Assembly (NCBI GenBank): GCA_964019425.1
Contig: OZ025780.1
Coordinates: 1,612,001-1,676,000 of the forward strand
Length of the DNA stretch: 64,000 nucleotides
Direction of reading: 5' to 3'
Origin: Flectonema sp. DT1601
Taxonomy: Eukaryota
The notes beneath the pieces are model-generated. The model was not told the origin of the DNA, did no database searches, and saw only the letters and a list, made by a program, of their open reading frames with translations. The stretch's first letter is position 1. The number at the start of each line of letters is the position of its first letter. The position numbers and the translations under genes are program-made. Positions 60,765 to 64,000 of this stretch are shown here, piece after piece.

Positions 60765-61979
60765 ATGGCAAAACGACAATACCTTTTTGGGATTATAGCA
60801 GTAGTTGTTGTTTGGATGGTTGTGGTGTCGGCATCAATGACAAGAATGACTGGGGTAGAAAATAGAATGGGAACCCAAATAGTGATGTCGCCGATTGACA
60901 GGTGGGACAGCGACTGGAATGTGAAAAATAAAAATAATAACAAACAAGTGATAAAACGGAAAAAACCAACCACAAAAGCCTCAACACCAACACCAAAACC
61001 AACCACAAAAGCCTCAACACCAACACCAACACTACCAAAAGCAACTGAGCACTCGGATTCTACTTCTCGTGATGATGTTGTAAAAGAGCAGAGTGAAGGA
61101 ACTCAGAAAACCATTCCTGATGAACATTTGTTAAGAACACTACCAGTAGACTTAACTGATACAACAGTTTTAGATAAATGTACAAAGACATTCAGCGATT
61201 CAGATCACAACATAAATTGGACGAAAAAACTAACTAAATTCTTCCACGAAGAAGGAATTCATTGGTGGCTTGATGAAGGAGGTCTTATTGGTGCGAGTCG
61301 AGCGGGTAGCATGTCAAACGCTGATGACGATTATGATTTTTTTGCATTAATACCAAATCAGAGAAACCCATGCCGACCTGACTCTCCAACATGCAGTAAA
61401 GAAGAATTCAATACCATGATACATTCATTTTTATTAAAACTTTGGAACTTTGGATTTTGTATTAATAACTTTGACCCAAACCTTTCAAAATTCAATTCAA
61501 AATCAAAACTAATGTACTCTCTGATGCTCAATCAAGATAAAATCTACCAACCTGGTGCCAAAACTCCTGGTGCTCGTTGTTTTGAACATGGAAAATCACC
61601 AAGATTCGCTCACATGCATCTTGCTATGTTGACTGAGGAAGGAAAGTTGGCCACCAACCTTTGGGCGCCATTGTTAAAAAACGGAGGTCACGCTCATGAT
61701 TTTATTCCGTTATCAGTTGTTCTGCCTACGACACGCTGTAGAACAGGCAAGTTAGAGGCACCATGCCCTCAGGATATCGCAAAATTTTTAAAACTTAGAA
61801 ATGAAGGCGAATACGCAAAGGCTAGCTCCCAAGGAAACTGCCTCCTAGTCCGGAGGAAGTGGTCCGTTGAGAAGAAGGAAAAAGTAATGCAACTTACTAA
61901 AGATCTTCACGAATGTGGGTACAACTCAATGTTTGATTTGATTAACCCAGCGATTGCATCCGACTTCATGACGTGTTAA
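60765..61979 (+). CDS. LicD/fukutin-family nucleotidyltransferase-fold type II membrane protein
   Basis: N-terminal TM, Pro/Thr stalk repeats, WWLDEGGLIGASR...DDDYD motif. Confidence 0.8.
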   Translation: MAKRQYLFGIIAVVVVWMVVVSASMTRMTGVENRMGTQIVMSPIDRWDSDWNVKNKNNNKQVIKRKKPTTKASTPTPKPTTKASTPTPTLPKATEHSDSTSRDDVVKEQSEGTQKTIPDEHLLRTLPVDLTDTTVLDKCTKTFSDSDHNINWTKKLTKFFHEEGIHWWLDEGGLIGASRAGSMSNADDDYDFFALIPNQRNPCRPDSPTCSKEEFNTMIHSFLLKLWNFGFCINNFDPNLSKFNSKSKLMYSLMLNQDKIYQPGAKTPGARCFEHGKSPRFAHMHLAMLTEEGKLATNLWAPLLKNGGHAHDFIPLSVVLPTTRCRTGKLEAPCPQDIAKFLKLRNEGEYAKASSQGNCLLVRRKWSVEKKEKVMQLTKDLHECGYNSMFDLINPAIASDFMTC

Positions 61980-62344
61980 AAAACACACTTTAATGAAGAG
62001 TTTCATTTTATAATAAAATAATTTTTTCCTCAAATCCTAACCTCTTATTGTGGAGCTATCCCCTCTTCATCTCTAGTAGTGGGAGGTTGACAACAAAAAA
62101 AAAAAAAAAAAAAAAAAAAAACGGAGAAAACAGATATTCAAAAAAAAAAAAAAACAACCATAATGCTTTAACAATGACTATAAATGTAATGATGTTTTCT
62201 GTGGTCGTTTTACGTTATTTTAAAAAAGGAATTTAGTTCTTGACATCAACAGATGTGTAATTATTTTGTGTTTGGTTGTGGTTTGGGTTTTTGTAATTAT
62301 TTTTCGTTTTCTCAGTTTTAGTATTTGCGACTAATTTAAAAACA

Positions 62345-62839
62345 ATGGCCTGCGGATTAAACAGCTGTGGACCACCGCAACCGTGTCCGATGCCACAGCC
62401 GGTTATCCCTCGTGGGTTACCTCCGCCAGCGTGCTTTCAACCACCTCAGTCATGTTGTCAGCCGCCTCCACCTCAGCCGTGCTGCTTACCGCCTCCACCT
62501 CCACCGCAGCCATGCTGCTTGCCACCACCACCACCACCGCAGCCGTGCTGCCTGCCACCTCCACCTCCGCCGCAACAGTGCTGTCAGCCAGTTCAGTGTT
62601 GTCCTCCAGTTGATAATTGTTGTGACAGAACTGATCGAATTGTAAATCCAATGGACCTATCTCCTCTTCCACCTGGTCTGAGAGATATGAATCCTTGCAA
62701 CCCAGTAGCTTGTCCACAACCATATAGAGTTCCAGGGGGTGAAAACTGCCCTCCTTGGGTTCGCTGGGGAGGACCAGTTGGTTTCAACCCCGGCTGGGGT
62801 GGCTCACTTTGGCCTGGGAATTCTAATAGTCGAAACTAA
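62345..62839 (+). CDS. Cys/Pro-rich repeat protein, function unknown
   Basis: 164-aa ORF with (QPCCLPPPPPP)n repeats, after an AG acceptor and an A-rich start context. Confidence 0.7.
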   Translation: MACGLNSCGPPQPCPMPQPVIPRGLPPPACFQPPQSCCQPPPPQPCCLPPPPPPQPCCLPPPPPPQPCCLPPPPPPQQCCQPVQCCPPVDNCCDRTDRIVNPMDLSPLPPGLRDMNPCNPVACPQPYRVPGGENCPPWVRWGGPVGFNPGWGGSLWPGNSNSRN

Positions 62840-63371
62840 GCTTTTTTGAGAATTGTATTGTTTGTTCTTTCCTTTGTTTCCCGTACCTCTAGCATGTCGA
62901 ATTTCTGCACTCTAGCGAGTGCATGACAGTGTGGGCTATTTCCCTACGTGATTGGTGATTCTTACCGGTTGAGAACTCTCGTGTTGGCAGCCCATCGCAC
63001 GTTCTGAATGAAAGCCCTATACACGTATTATATTGTCTTGTCTTTCCCTTTTGATTGGCGCCTGTCGATAGCAGTGCACCTCCCCTTACACACCCTTGAT
63101 TTTATATATATTTTTCCTTTGTACTTGACCTGAGTTCTGGTTGTCGCGTTGCGTTGGTTTATAAGAGCATAACGCTTCCGAAATTGTTAAAAAAAAAAAA
63201 AAAAAAAAAAAAATTATTATATTGTTTTTTTGTACTCCCTTACATGTTGCCCATTTTTTCATTAATGTCAAGTATCAGTAACATGTAATACATCTTTTCC
63301 TCCCTTCAGAAAACATCTTTGTTGTGGTTTGATCCAGTGTGTTGTAGTGTGTTCATATATTATCTCTAACG

Positions 63372-64000
63372 ATGTCTTTAGTAAATCTATGTGATGATAT
63401 ATTGTTAGATATGTCAGTCTGTTTGGAGATTAGGGATCGTGTCAGATTGTCTCTCGTAAATAAAAAATTAAAAAGACTACTATCAATAAATAATATTGAG
63501 TCTTTGGACATGTCTAACACGATTCCATCCAAAGTTGAAAAAGTATTAAATTGGTTGATCCGTTGTAGGCATAGCAGTTTAAAATCTCTTAATTTACACG
63601 GTTGTTCATCAACACAGTTATCGACACTGTTGCCTAGTTTGTTTAATAATAATATTCACATTCAACGATTAAATGTACAACATTGTCCAAGCATTGAGGA
63701 ATCAACTATTCGTTGTATTGCACAACTGAAAGATTTGAGACAGTTGTCTTTATATGAAACGAGAGAGGGTTTAATTAACAGTAAAATCCTTGGTGAGATA
63801 TTCGAATCGTGTTCTAAATTGGAAATAATTGACATCAGAGGACAGCGGCTTGCCGATGACGTAATTGCTGCTAGAATGGCGGAGTTGCCGAATTTAAAAA
63901 AAATATCGTTGGTGGCGACGTCAATTACGGAGTTTGGTTTCAACCTTCTACTTCAAAAATGCAACCAATTACAACGAATAGGCTCAATGGACCTTCACAG
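63372..64000 (+). CDS. F-box/leucine-rich repeat protein (3' end beyond window)
   Basis: Manually translated open frame MSLVNLCDDILLDM..RLSLVNKKL (F-box-like), then LKSLNLHGC, IQRLNVQHC, LEIIDIRG LRRs. No stop before the window end. Confidence 0.8.
   Translation, partial: MSLVNLCDDILLDMSVCLEIRDRVRLSLVNKKLKRLLSINNIESLDMSNTIPSKVEKVLNWLIRCRHSSLKSLNLHGCSSTQLSTLLPSLFNNNIHIQRLNVQHCPSIEESTIRCIAQLKDLRQLSLYETREGLINSKILGEIFESCSKLEIIDIRGQRLADDVIAARMAELPNLKKISLVATSITEFGFNLLLQKCNQLQRIGSMDLH

Overview
AT-rich eukaryotic (protist) genomic DNA. Every credible gene is on the + strand, intergenic regions carry pyrimidine-tract/AG sites and poly-A/T tracts, and genes have short GT-AG introns. This organisation suggests a euglenozoan, possibly a diplonemid (inference). 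Bases 1-~19,990 are a modular tandem array with five intact and two 5'-truncated copies of a 155-aa NDFIP/Bsd2-like membrane protein gene. The C-terminal halves come in two types that are recombined in some copies, and the array holds two copy-specific retroposon-like insertions. The remainder is a directional gene cluster: CHCHD2-like, divergent myosin, ferric reductase/NOX-like, a degenerate LSU rRNA fragment, two coiled-coil proteins, a GC-anomalous BiP-type Hsp70, a ~4,800-aa DUF3638/DUF3645 helicase-like giant with PDZ/EF-hand/Vps62-like/PX modules, a papain homologue lacking its catalytic Cys, a THUMP methyltransferase, a LicD protein, a Cys/Pro-rich protein and a truncated F-box/LRR gene. 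The most notable patterns are (i) all 15 inferred coding introns sit in the 3' part of their genes and have A/C-rich rather than pyrimidine-rich acceptors, (ii) the mosaic membrane-protein array with truncated cassettes, and (iii) a structured short retroposon-like family shared by a young insertion and the array's upstream module. All family calls are by eye from motifs; no searches were run.
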